Assembly: GCA_964247055.1 (NCBI GenBank)
Contig: OZ176057.1
Coordinates: 5,394,001 to 5,458,000 of the forward strand
From: Paragordius varius
Taxonomy: Eukaryota > Animalia > Nematomorpha
Length of the DNA: 64,000 nucleotides
Reading direction: 5' to 3'
Made by a program: the position numbers and the translations under genes. The notes under the pieces are model-generated. The model was not told the origin of the DNA, ran no database searches, and worked only from the letters and a program-made list of their open reading frames with translations. Shown here piece after piece: positions 23,781-35,623 of this stretch (its first letter is position 1; each line of letters opens with the position of its first letter).

Positions 23781-24900
23781 AGCTTAATATGATAGATATT
23801 GTAAATTTTATATGTTAATTGTTTGAGGTCTTAAGTTTGCCACTGAAAAAAGCTTATAAACCACAAAAATTTGTTATTAAAAACCACTAATTGGTTAAAC
23901 GAGCAATCAATAAATAATATTGTATTTATTAATTATCTATTAATATTTTTAGATTTTAAAAATACTTACGCACAAAACTGTCCAACAATTTAAAATAAAG
24001 AAGCTAATGACACCAACAACAAATTGACACAAGATCAAAAATCAATAGACAAGAATGAAAATATCAAAGAAATTGATTATTTTTTATATAAATAATATTA
24101 ATAAATAATCTAAATATATTATCATTTTTTCTTTGAAAAAAAAATTAAAAAATATCAATAAATATATATAACCCCCCCCCCCCCCCAAAGGGCGAGAAAA
24201 AAAAATTAAAAAATATTCTAAGTCCAAAATTTTATTTTGAGCGTCCGGGAGTAAGAGTGCTCAAAATACAATTTTGGACTTGGGGGCCTGAGTCACTCTC
24301 TAATGGGTGAAATAAATCCTCCTTCACACACGAGTGAGGAAAACAACTCTTTCAAAATAACAAGAGCTCATTTTCCCCACTAGTGTGAAGGGGGATATTC
24401 CTCCCATTAGAGAGTCATCAGGCCCAAAACTCTCCACAAGTATAATGAGAGTTTGTTGTGCCTTCAAGCCGAAGAGTGCCATCAATCAACTCCAGGCGCG
24501 ATTTTCCTTTGTTAGGTTCCGTGGAGGTCCCCGAAAGCTTGCTCCGTTTCAACCGATCCCATTTCCCCCACGAGTCAAAGTCAATCCACACCTAAATATT
24601 AGGGTTACCTCATTATCCGTAGGCTCCTTTTCCCGTATGATTCTTGTTCATGTGCCCTCCCATATTCGGCCAATCCCAAATTCCCGGCAGTCGATCTCAC
24701 CAGGGCTTCTGGAATCCGTGTTGAACGCCTTTCCCCCTTGAGTTTATCCCAATACACCTAAATTATACATTTACCTCGTAATCAGCAGGCTCTTTTCGGT
24801 TCGATCCTTCATTCACTCACGAATCCTTGGTTGGTGGTCTTGAATCACGTCCCCATCCCTGGTTGCCATTGGAGAAGAAGGCCTAAAGCCTTCAAATAAG

Positions 24901-25646
24901 CTCTTCCAACCAGCCTTCCCATATAATTTTTTTTCTGATTGCAATCATAGGCGCTTATATTTCCCAATACATCCATATATGTACTCTGGTTTTCCAAATT
25001 GCAAATTACATAAACTAACAATTTTATGGACACCTAAGCTTGTCCTTAGATTTTCTTTTTAATTAATTTTGATTTTTTTTATTAAATCAATTCTATGTTA
25101 TATGCTCTCTTTATCTACTAAATCAGCAGAATTGGTTGGAATATGCTAATATATTTTATATGGGGTACTATATAATTAATGTATTGTTTGCATAAATATG
25201 ATTTATTAAATTTTGCACATGGAACGCACAATTTCATTTAATTCTGATTATCACCAGGATTATACCGATAAAGTTATTCCACGTAAATTTTAGCCCTCTT
25301 GATAATGAAAATATATGGAAATTCTTTTATCAAATACGTAAATATCATGTCATTTTATATATGACTTCAAAATTTTAAAATATTCCTAAGATGTGGGATA
25401 TAATTTGCCAGAAACACCAATTACGCTAACTCACAAGATTTTAACTTGCACAGTATATTAAATTATAAATTTTATTTAGGTTGACGTGTGCATAGATGCT
25501 GGAAAACGATACGATCTATCAAGGGAGATATTAACAGTACTACTCTTGTATTAACCAAAGTGTTTCTATACTAAATGATTTGTTATGGATCATCTGATGG
25601 TGTAATCCTACCTGTTAGAATCACTTGGATGCTTCTTGAATGTTGA
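24901..25646 (+). pseudogene. Disabled copy of the plus-strand candidate gene
   Basis: Donor GTAAGC>CTAAGC and its acceptor AG are both lost; 13-nt insertion and 2-nt deletion relative to U3. Confidence 0.35.
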
Positions 25647-25945
25647 TCATCTTTAATTTGAAATTTTCTAATTAACTGTTGTTTATAAAATAAATTTATA
25701 AATATTATTTTAGCTATTATTTGTAATATTTTACGTTAAATACAATTTCGCTTATATGTAAAAAATATTCGAAAAATTGTATGATCGCAACTAAAGATAA
25801 AGTAAAGGGGTGCGATTTTTTGCAAGAATTTATTGTTAAAATGGATATGACAAACATTTTTTTAGATATCCCACCGGTAAATTTATAGATATATAATTTG
25901 TAATATATTATATTTATATAAAATATGATATCAGTTATTTAAATA

Positions 25946-27310
25946 AAAATATGGTTAAACAACATTTTTTTGTAGAAATATTACATTTTTTTGTTTCCAT
26001 AAAAAATAATTTAAGCAAGTTTTTAAGCTGCTTTTGTATAAAATTTCCATGTCAAACTACTTCGACGCCATTTTTATTTTACAAATTTTTTGAAAAATAT
26101 AGTCTTCATTTAATTTTGAAGGTAATATTAAACTTTTTTTTCATCTAACTTTGATAAAAAAAGCGGTTGTATTATTTTTTATGTTTACCATTGCACATAT
26201 GTCAAGTTGACTAAATTTTTACCTTTCGGTTTTAGCTTAAAATAAGTAATATTGAGTATTTTTAAATGAAATTTTTTATATATTTCGGATTATTGATGTT
26301 ATATAAATTCAAAATTTTGCCATGGTTTCGATTCCTTCCATATTTTTAGAGAATTTTAGAGGACTAAAATGAATGTGTTTAAATTTACTATTCTTTTAGC
26401 ACGATGATTTATATATTTTTCCGTCTCTATAGTCTCCATATATTTTCCAACTAAAATCAAGGAAGCTAATAATTCATTTTTATACAACTAAAATTATTCA
26501 CATAACTCCCTATCAATTAATATTTTATTCGTTTATGGACCCCTCTATTCGAATATGGACAATGTAATTAAATATACATGTTGGATGTTTTTTCCTGTAT
26601 TGTGTTGATTTCAAACAATTTTTTGAAAATATAATACTCTCAATAAATTATTTAATATACTGAATAATGTTTTTCAAGTAAAAATGTCTTTTAACAGATG
26701 TTATGTTATGAAACATGATTATTATTCAAAAAAATGTTATTTAATTGTTAGGCTGGACCGATGGTTGGTTTTTAAATACACCGAAAACCAAAACCAATAA
26801 ACGATGACAAATTTAAAATTTATGATTTAATCACTAAACCAAACAATATAATGTTATCCGTTTAAATGGATTCAAATAATTGTAAAAATATCTTAGCTAT
26901 TGCTAAGTGTTTAATTGCAAGATAATCAACCATTTTGAGTTAAAGCCAATAAATTTATCATTATGTATCATAAGGATAAGTTAGTTTTAGATTGGTTATT
27001 TAATAAAAACGTTTACACCCTTTACTTTATTGTATTAATAACAAGTCTGGACCAACCTTACTTCCTGTTAACTCAATCAATTTCGGAATATTACTTGAAA
27101 ATTATCCAAATGATTAATGCATAAGCAAATATAAAATGTTGAATACTCTCAATTGTTTTTCGGGTTCACATGCCATCTTAGAAAAGTTAAATCCACTTTT
27201 TATGGTAATTACTCGAAATAGGAAAATCAGAAATTGAGGGCATATTCAGGTTAAATTAATTCCTTTTATATTTCAATTTTTATATTTTAAATTTAATATA
27301 TATGACAAAA
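25946..27310. other. ~1.4-kb U2-specific insertion of unknown origin downstream of LST8
   Basis: Absent from U1 and U3 between CAGTTATTTAAATAA and GATAAGGGCAAG. No TIR or intact ORF recognised. Confidence 0.6.
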
Positions 27311-27503
27311 TGATTGCGCATGAAAAAAAATCTCGTATGTTTGTAACTTGATAAGGGCAAGCTTAACATAATTAATATACTATTACATAATAATAAATAA
27401 TATATAACTTATATATTTATTTGCCTTAAAATTTATATTCTACAAATTGTGATATTTGCTTTTTGTCATAAAATACGAGAGTCTTTAAAGGGATTAATAA
27501 ATG

Positions 27504-30500
27504 CTACAAAATATCCATGCAAATTATAGCCTTTCGATGACCAGAATATTCTTTAACACCTATAGTTTTAAAGGCGTCTCCAGAATTCAGTAATTTCCAA
27601 AGCCTGGCTTTCCCGTCACTGCAAGCTAAAAAATAGAGAACGTAAAAATATTTATAGGAGAAATTAATAAATACTAACTCTTTAGAAGCGTGGACGAAAA
27701 AAAAGATAATATTTTAGTGTTTTTAATTTAATTACAAGGTTGGTAATAACTTTATTTTATTATATGTTTTCTATTTTATTTGAAATAAAAGTAAAATATT
27801 TATATATTAAAACTATAAAAATAAAACCGTTTTGTCGGAAAACTTTTCGATATAAAATCGTAAAAAATCAGAGTAAAAAGGACTTTAGAACAAAAAAAAC
27901 CTTTTGTTTGACTCTCAATATCTGTAAGCAAATTCTAAAAGGGAAATAAAAATATAATTTAAAACCAGTTAATAAATATCTGTAAGATGTAAGAATTTTT
28001 CCATGAGCGCTATTCATATTATAATGTTTATTGATTTTGGCATCCAAATTTAAATCAGCAGGCATGGAAAATTCTGAACTTAGGAATCGCGAACACCAAA
28101 CCCATTTATTAACAGCTGGGTGTTCTAATTTCCAACAACATCCTAGTAATATTATTATAATGTAATGTAAAAATAATTATTTTCCCATTTTTTAGCAATG
28201 GTAAAAGATTTAGAAACTAATTTTTTTTCTTACAAATTACCCATTCTTATGAAGAAAAAAAAACAAAATTGAATAAAAATTTTAATTTTTTTAAAAATTA
28301 AACATATATATAATAAATATCGTCAACTATAAAAAAATAAAAATATTTTTTTCAAAAAAAACGATTAACCTAAACTTTAAAATCAATTTAAAAATTATGT
28401 AATTATTCAAGAACCATTTTATCATTTCAATTCAAAATATTCTTAAACCTTGTATTTCTCAAATTTAATTTATGGTTAAATTAATGTTTACTGCCTACAT
28501 ATTTTACCTTGATTTTGAGATACCCTTTCTTTGAAACTTTCATCGTGATTGTTTGAATTTTCAAAAGTATTTCTCCATACTAAAGTTTGGCCTTTATCCG
28601 TACAAGTTGCTACATATCTAAAATAATAATACAGTAAAAATAAAAAACAAAAACGTATGAAAAACCCTTCATTAAAAGCTCTCTATCGCTTTGAGTTACA
28701 AATTAATAAGAGAGATGTAAATTGTTGATAATATATTATTTCTATTTCAAAATCTTAATCGTAGACCAACAAAGTCCTATTGCTATAACGTATTCGCAAT
28801 CTTGGCTGGGCCATAAAAATGCGTCGACGACAAAAGACAGTTTTCTAATGACTTTGGGCATGTGTGTTACGTTAAAAATTGCCTCAAATAACCATAAAGT
28901 AAATATATTATGAATATAAATTACTTTGTAATATGAAAACTCAGATCAAAAGCCTTACCCTTGATAACAATCGTAATCATGATGATTATATGAAATTAAT
29001 CAAATGATCAATATATAGCTCTCTAAAAAAATAAATATGTCGTTTTAATAGAGCTTTAATTTGATTGTTTTAAATGATAAAAATATCAGAAATTCGGAAA
29101 AACAAAACAATCTTAAAACTTTTTTCCTAGAATTTTAGATCTAAAAAAAGCCAAAAAAGTAATTTTCAAAACAAAATAAGATAAAATAACTTTGCATCAG
29201 GTAAAAATGTACAATTCAATACGTATTGGTTCATTTGTTCCGTCTTGCTTTGAAAACAATGTTGATTCGTATTAAAATTATCAAAGCTTTGTAGTAATAA
29301 ATTACCATTTTCATTACAATACAAAACTTCGTCGTCCGAAGTTGGCCCATCACTGTTTACAATATCCTTCTTATTTTGACTTATTTGGGCAAAATTTTCG
29401 CCGCTCTTTTTATCTAATAAAGCGATTAAAATTTTTGTTAATATTGTCAACGAGAACAAATATTTTATGTTAAAATAATAGAGTGAATTCTTGTAAAAGA
29501 TATTATTAAATTAAACTATATCCAAAAATTTAACTAAAACAAAAGAAAATAATTATAATAAGATACACATTGAAAAAGATACCATGTATCGAAAATTTTG
29601 GATATAGTTTAATTTAATATCTTTTACGAGAATTCTCAAATTATTATTTTATTAAACTTTTTGAGTTTGAGTTTGATTCAGATTCGGTAGAGAAACCAAC
29701 AGTTATTTGATGTTGGGGCGAGCCAATACATTTTAGCGGAGTGCAAAATTCATACATACGGAGTTGAAGTGATTTATGAAGTGCCATATATAACACATTG
29801 GGAAGACACGTCCTAAGTCCACCATTGTAGGACAAGGTTGAGGAATGTGGTGATTTTTTCAACGATCTTATATGATGGCGATTAGTATCTTGGCTAACAT
29901 TGAAATTTAGGTTAAATATGTTGTTTGCCATGATATTATTAGTGTTGTTGTAATTAACAGAGTTTGGACGACCAGTTTGGTTATCATTTTCTAAGGGAAA
30001 TTTTAATAAATTAAAATTATTTATATATATATACACCTCTCTATCTGACAAAACAAATAAAAAGTAACATATTAATATATTTTGGTGTAAAGAAAATTAA
30101 AAATTCAAGGATTTTTTTTCTATAAAATACAATTACAAAATAAAACTATGTTTTCCCAATTTACAAGTCTATTCTAATTTCAAAACCTAATATAAAATTT
30201 TAGATTTTTAAGGGAATCAACGTTACAAAAATATTTATATTATAAATAATGATAGTTTTAGTGCTTTGCCTTTATTGAATATTTCAATTTTTACTCTTCT
30301 GATGGTAACAAATAGATAAAATTAAATAATAAATTTAACATATAATTTTATAATCTTTTTTCCATTATATTTTAGTAAAGATCAATGCAATTTTTTAAAA
30401 AAATAAAAGATGGTCAAAAATAAATTTAACATACGGAAAAAATATACGAATAAAACGTAAAAATATAAAAAATATTTTTTAAAGACAGCCATTTTAAAAC

Positions 30501-30971
30501 CTTAATTTTTCTCACATATAAGTTAGGGTTGGAATTATTTAGGCTTATGATGGGATTTACATTGTTTTTGATGTTTGTTATATCATAGACTCGTATATAT
30601 TTGTAACCTATATAGAAATTATTTGATGTGGAAAATATGATTTTAAATTTTATTATAATCAAACAAATAAAATATAATTGTATAGTTTAATTTATTTAAA
30701 AGTTACAAAAAGCCACTTAAATAGATGTTTTAACAAATTTAAAGCAATTACCTAAAGCAGCCAGATATTTTTCGTCTGCCGAAAAAGAAATATTGTTAAC
30801 TTGCTAAATAATTTAGATTATTAATTATAAATATATATTTAAAGAAAAATATAAATTTTTTGATATTACTGATTCCGGATGCTGTAAGGTGCAAAATGAT
30901 GGATTGGAATCCCCGATTTTTAATAATCTCATTGAATAATCATAGCCAGTCGTAGCAAAAAATTTTACCAT
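27504..30971 (-). CDS. LST8: LST8/GbetaL, target-of-rapamycin complex subunit (7-blade WD40), about 391 aa, unit 2
   Basis: Phase-compatible GT-AG exons: 30971-30870, 30803-30752, 30607-30516, (putative 4-nt 30040-30037), 29990-29697, 29413-29191, 28617-28508, 28142-27966, 27625-27504. Peptides ATTGYDYSMR, QHPESQVN, GYKYIRVYD..NPIIS, FSPDAKYVATC, KWVWCSRF, YLLTACSDGKARLW and EYSGHRKAIICM match, in order, the LST8 motifs ATAGYDHTVR, QHQDSQVN, GYQHIRMYD..NPIIS, FSPDSTLLATC, GWMWGCAF, YIVTASSDNLARLW and EYGGHQKAVVCL. The exon 3-5 junction is unresolved, and an upstream in-frame ATG is possible. Confidence 0.88.
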
Positions 30972-31144
30972 TTCAGTATGAGTATAAATATTGCGAATTT
31001 TTTCCACATATTTCATATGAGATACGATAACCGCTGAGAATACTGCTGAGCAAGATATAACAAAACAAAAGCTTAATTTCCAAATTTTCATGGGTTTTTT
31101 TAAAACGAAAAACAGGTAAAATTTTTATTCAGCTTCTTATAATG

Positions 31145-31490
31145 TTTTATAAAAATCAAAGTTTCAAAGGTAATAGGGTTAAGTGTTACTTTTTAGTTTT
31201 AATTGAGGTTGTTCCAAAGGATTCATTAAATTAAAAAAATCCAAAAATTTTCATAATTGTGATTGCGTCCACTTACACAAATAACCAATCTACAATATAG
31301 TTTATATTTGTATTAAATCAAGAACAAAATTTTATTTTATTTGGTATTTCTTAATAAATCAAAGTTTCAATTTAATAATTGGTAAATGAGGTTCGTACAA
31401 AGGAATTATTAAATAAAAGGAAAAATTTTCATAATTGTGATTGCGTCGACTTACAAAAATACAATCTACAAGATGTTTTATATTTTTTGG
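31145..31490. repeat. ~180-bp direct duplication upstream of LST8 (copy at 55380-55725)
   Basis: TTTTCATAATTGTGATTGCGTC(C/G)ACTTACA and AAATCAAAGTTTCAA each occur twice. Confidence 0.8.
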
Positions 31491-31656
31491 AGTATAAAGT
31501 TTAAAAATGATATAAATTTAAATTTTATGTTGTATATATGTTAGTAACACTATAGAAAGGCAATATTTTTACATTTCGTTTAAGATTTACTATATTATAA
31601 TATTTCTTATTTCTAAAGAGTCAGACCGCAGTTTTTTTATTTTTTACGGTCAACAC

Positions 31657-32453
31657 CTAACCCAACCTTATATATCTACATATGTAAAGCATACCAGTAA
31701 TGAGATTGAAAGCATCATGAGATAGTAATGTTCTCATATAATTATCAGATTTTTGAGCAGCTACGTTGTTTGCAACACTTGAATTATTTATTAAATGGTT
31801 ATTTCTTTGTTTCGATAAATTCTCCATGCCGTTATCTCCGATATTCGACGGTGTGTTTTCAGTTTTTATACATTTGCAGGCTAATCGAAGCCCTAAAAGA
31901 ACTGCAGGATCAAATTGTGTGAAACAAAGCCATTGTCTTAATCTTAATCGCGTGGAAAAAATGTCAGTTAACATTGAATGTCGTACATTATGTTTTAAAT
32001 AAGTCAGATTTTTGTTGGGTGGAAAAACTTTGCGAGGGTCAACGCTGTAAAATTCTTTTAAAACGTCATTCCTTAAATGACTAGGTATTGATATTTGTTG
32101 TGTTGTTTTAGCTAAGAAAGGTGTATCATCACCAATTATGTACATAGCTTTTATGAAAAACTTTCCGTGTTTCTTAGTATTTAGTTGTGTAGATTCTTTA
32201 CCAATATCTTCCTGCATCAATTCACATGCAATAGAGGGGATACTTTGCGTTGATCTCAAGGGATAATTGAATGTATTTGTTGTTTGAACCAGTTTACGGG
32301 TTGATTAAAAGTTTCATTGTACATATTATAAGATATTGGCCGTTCATCTGACAAAAAATCTTCAGTCGGGGTACTATAATGTGTGTAATGATCAAAAAAT
32401 TCAAATTTTTCTGGTTGTTCGTCAATATAACTTTCTTGGTTACATTGTGCCAT
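31657..32453 (-). CDS. Orphan protein with a possible degenerate integrase zinc-binding-like (H2C2) segment
   Basis: A 200-codon ORF in about 75% AT DNA joins the upstream ORF (ATG 32453) through an 86-nt intron, 32297-32212 (GTAAAC...TGCAG, phase 0). IPSHLRNDVLKEF...KNLTYLK..M..DI recalls VPxxLRxxVLxExH...KTLxxL..M..DV. The 3' end is uncertain (possible GTATGC donor near 31697). Confidence 0.6.
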
Positions 32454-33507
32454 GCTGTTCACTTCCAAATCAAGGCAAAATACTAAATAAACTTTAGAAA
32501 ACTACCTAAATTTTGCCCTTGACATAAGATATCCATTTTAAAATAATTAAAACCTCGTCTCAAATATTTATCTGACATAAGTGAATATGTGAGTTTCATG
32601 TGCAAGCTTTTCACCTGGATAAGTTGATAATTTTTTTAAATTATATTCCGATTGCTAAAAATATAAAACAATAATTGCATATAAGTTTTCCATTTAAATA
32701 TATTTTTATATATTAAAAGGCAAATTCGGGTTTTTTACCATTTATACGATTTTCAAATGTTTTTGTAATATTGCGTCCAAATTATTATAGTAATTTTTTT
32801 TGAAATAGTAGGTTATCTTCAACTTGTTATAAGCATTTGCAAAGTCACTTAAATTTAAATATATTGAGCAAAATCTTATAGTTTAGTGTATATATATTAC
32901 ATTAAAATTTGCTTCCAAATTTTATATCATAGTAAAAGCACATAAATTAAAAAATGCAAGTTGTTATTATATTTTATAAAGATTGAAAATATAATTTTGT
33001 TAGTAAAATTATTGTTTGATACAAAGATTTTATTTTCCGTAATCTATACAATAATTAGTATAAAATTTTGATATGGCAACTTTATTTCAATTTAGTAATA
33101 TGCATGAAAATATTTTAACTGATATATTAATTGATTTAAATATCTGCTATTAGGCTTAAACTTGACCAAATATTTATGGGAAAAATTCGCGAGGACCGTA
33201 GCCAAATAATTACAGCAAATCAAAAATAGCAATGTTATCAACTGCCAAATATTTAACATTAGGGTGCAATTTTTAAAAGAGCTTAAACTTTATTAAACAA
33301 TATTATATCCAATTCTCTTTAACTTATTTAATAAACTTGCAAAATTGCATCACCATATCCTTAAAGACTAATATTTTGTCTCGCAACTCTCTTATGTCTC
33401 TGCTATATTTTTTAAAAATACAAAAATATACTTTTTATATTGGTCTGAAAGCTTATATAAATTTTTATAAACATTTTTTAAATTCTATTGCTTGAATATA
33501 TTTGAAT

Positions 33508-35623
33508 GAAATGCGTGGGTCTCGGCCTGCTTCGCAGCCCGAGGAAGTCCTGCGGACTTCTTTAAGAAAATGAACCAACTCCAATCCCTCACCCTAACCC
33601 TAGCCCAAACTCGAAATCCTTAATGTACTTTACCCGCGTTTGAAAAATAAAAATTTTGTTTAATCAAAAACCTTTTATCTATACAAAGGATATATTGGGT
33701 AAATTCTTTACACATAATAAATTGATAGTTATAATAAATTAATTTACCAATTAATAAATTTAAGTTATACGTTAAAATATATCCATTCCTAAATTATATT
33801 TTATTAAAATTACTCATATTGTTGTCAAAATAAATATACCTTGAAAATTTAGCATTTTGTTACATATGAAAACTGGAAATTAACATTGAACATAACTCAT
33901 TATAATTTTACACCTTGAATTTTAACTTAGAGTATTTAGCTTTTTGACATATATAATTTATATATCTCCCTATACATAAATAATTTAGTAATATTTATAA
34001 ACGAATTTCTACTTTTAAACCATAAGTGGTCTGGTTTGGAACAAACATCCTCATTTCAAAAAATAAATTTTACCAATAAATCAAAATAAAAAATTACCCT
34101 TATATGTAATATAAACATTTTTAAATTTAAGAACTAATCAAAAAAAGCAGATATTAATATTGAAATAGCAGGTTAAGTATTAAGCAAAATTCGGTCCTAA
34201 AAAATATATAATAATTTATTTCTTACAGCTAGAAAACTGTTTTATCCATAGCTCTTTTTTACTTAAACTAACTCAGATCTGGTAATAATAAATTAAGACT
34301 TTTTCCTAACTACTATTATCAAACACATTTTGCTTAAGTTAAGTTCAAAATTCTTCGTGAGATAAGTCTTATTTAACATAAATATACTATTAAATATATA
34401 TATAGTTTGGTTATGAACTACTAGCATTTTTTTATAAATATATATAGGAAACTTATATTTTAATTATTACAAAACCAATAATTTTAAAACGAAATGCGTG
34501 GGTCTCGGTCTGCTTCGCAGCCCGAGGAAGTCCTGCGGACTTCTTTAAGAAAATGAACCAACTCCAATCCATCACCCTAACCCTAGCCCACAAACTCGAA
34601 ATCCTTAAAGTAGTTTAACCGCGTTCGAAAAATTAAAATTTTCTTTAATCAAAAATTATTTTTGTTTAAAGGATATATTAGGTAAATTTTATACATATAG
34701 TAAATTGATAGTTAAAATAAAAATTAAAATCAGTTACCGAAAAATAATTATAAATTTGACATTAAAACATATCCTTACCTAATTTATATTTAATTTCAAA
34801 AATTAACCTTATTGTTTTCAGTAAAAACTATGCCATAAAAATTTAGCATTTCACATAAATGCTTTTTAAACTGCAAATTAACATTGAAAATAATTTATTA
34901 TAAGTTTTAACCTTGATTAGATATTATAACTTATAGTATTGCGATAGTTTGTTATTCAGAATTCATATTTCTCCCTCAAAACAATTTTAATTTACAAATA
35001 TTTTGAAAATAATATATGCTGCATATTTATAATATAATGTACATAGTTATTAGTAATATTTATAAATGAATTTCAACTTTTAAACCATAAGTGGTCTGGT
35101 TTGGAACAAATCCTTATTTCAAAAAATAAATTTTTTAATTAAGTATCAAAATAAATTAAATATTTTTAAATACGAGAATGAATCAAATAAAAAAGATAAA
35201 ATTAATATTGAATTAGCAGGAAATATTAAGCAATCGGTACTAAAAAATATATAATATAATATTTCTTAGAACTAGATAAATGTTTTATATATCCCTCTTT
35301 TTTACTGAAACTAACTCAGATCTATAACTTTTAGTCAAATAATTAACTCAAAATTATTCGTCCTCCCGAACACATTTTGCTTGGGTTAAGATTAAAATTC
35401 TTCTTAAGACAAGTCTTATTTAACATAAATGTACCATTAAATATGTATAGTTTAGTTATAAATTACCAACATTTTTTTCATAAATATAGATAAGGTACCT
35501 TCAAATTATAATTACAAAACCAATATATTTTAACAGGAAATGCATGGGTCTCGGTCTGCTTCGCGAAAATGAACCAACTCCAATCCCTCACCCTAACCCT
35601 GGCCCACAAACTTGAAAACCCTT
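33508..35623 (+). mobile_element. Left cluster (U2): copies 33508-33622, 34491-34607, 35537-35623, separated by ~1-kb tandemly duplicated spacers
   Basis: Spacers share blocks such as AACCATAAGTGGTCTGGTTTGGAACAAA (about 34018 and 35083) and AAGTCTTATTTAACATAAAT. Confidence 0.8.

Larger units (their letters stand above)
58..24171. repeat. ~24-kb tandem segmental-duplication unit 1 (most diverged copy)
   Basis: The same poly-C/AAAGGGCGAG/hairpin junction recurs at 58, 24172 and 48165. Positions 58-5690 align closely with U2 and U3. The remainder keeps the same module order at much lower identity. Confidence 0.95.

Noticed and set aside
23962-23969. ATACTTAC resembling the U1 snRNA 5' end
   Set aside because: No downstream U1 stems or Sm site; it is simply the reverse complement of a GTAAGTAT donor.
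33580-33606. True telomere or fusion site
   Set aside because: Only 3-4 degenerate hexamers embedded in a dispersed element; no long (TTAGGG)n tract.
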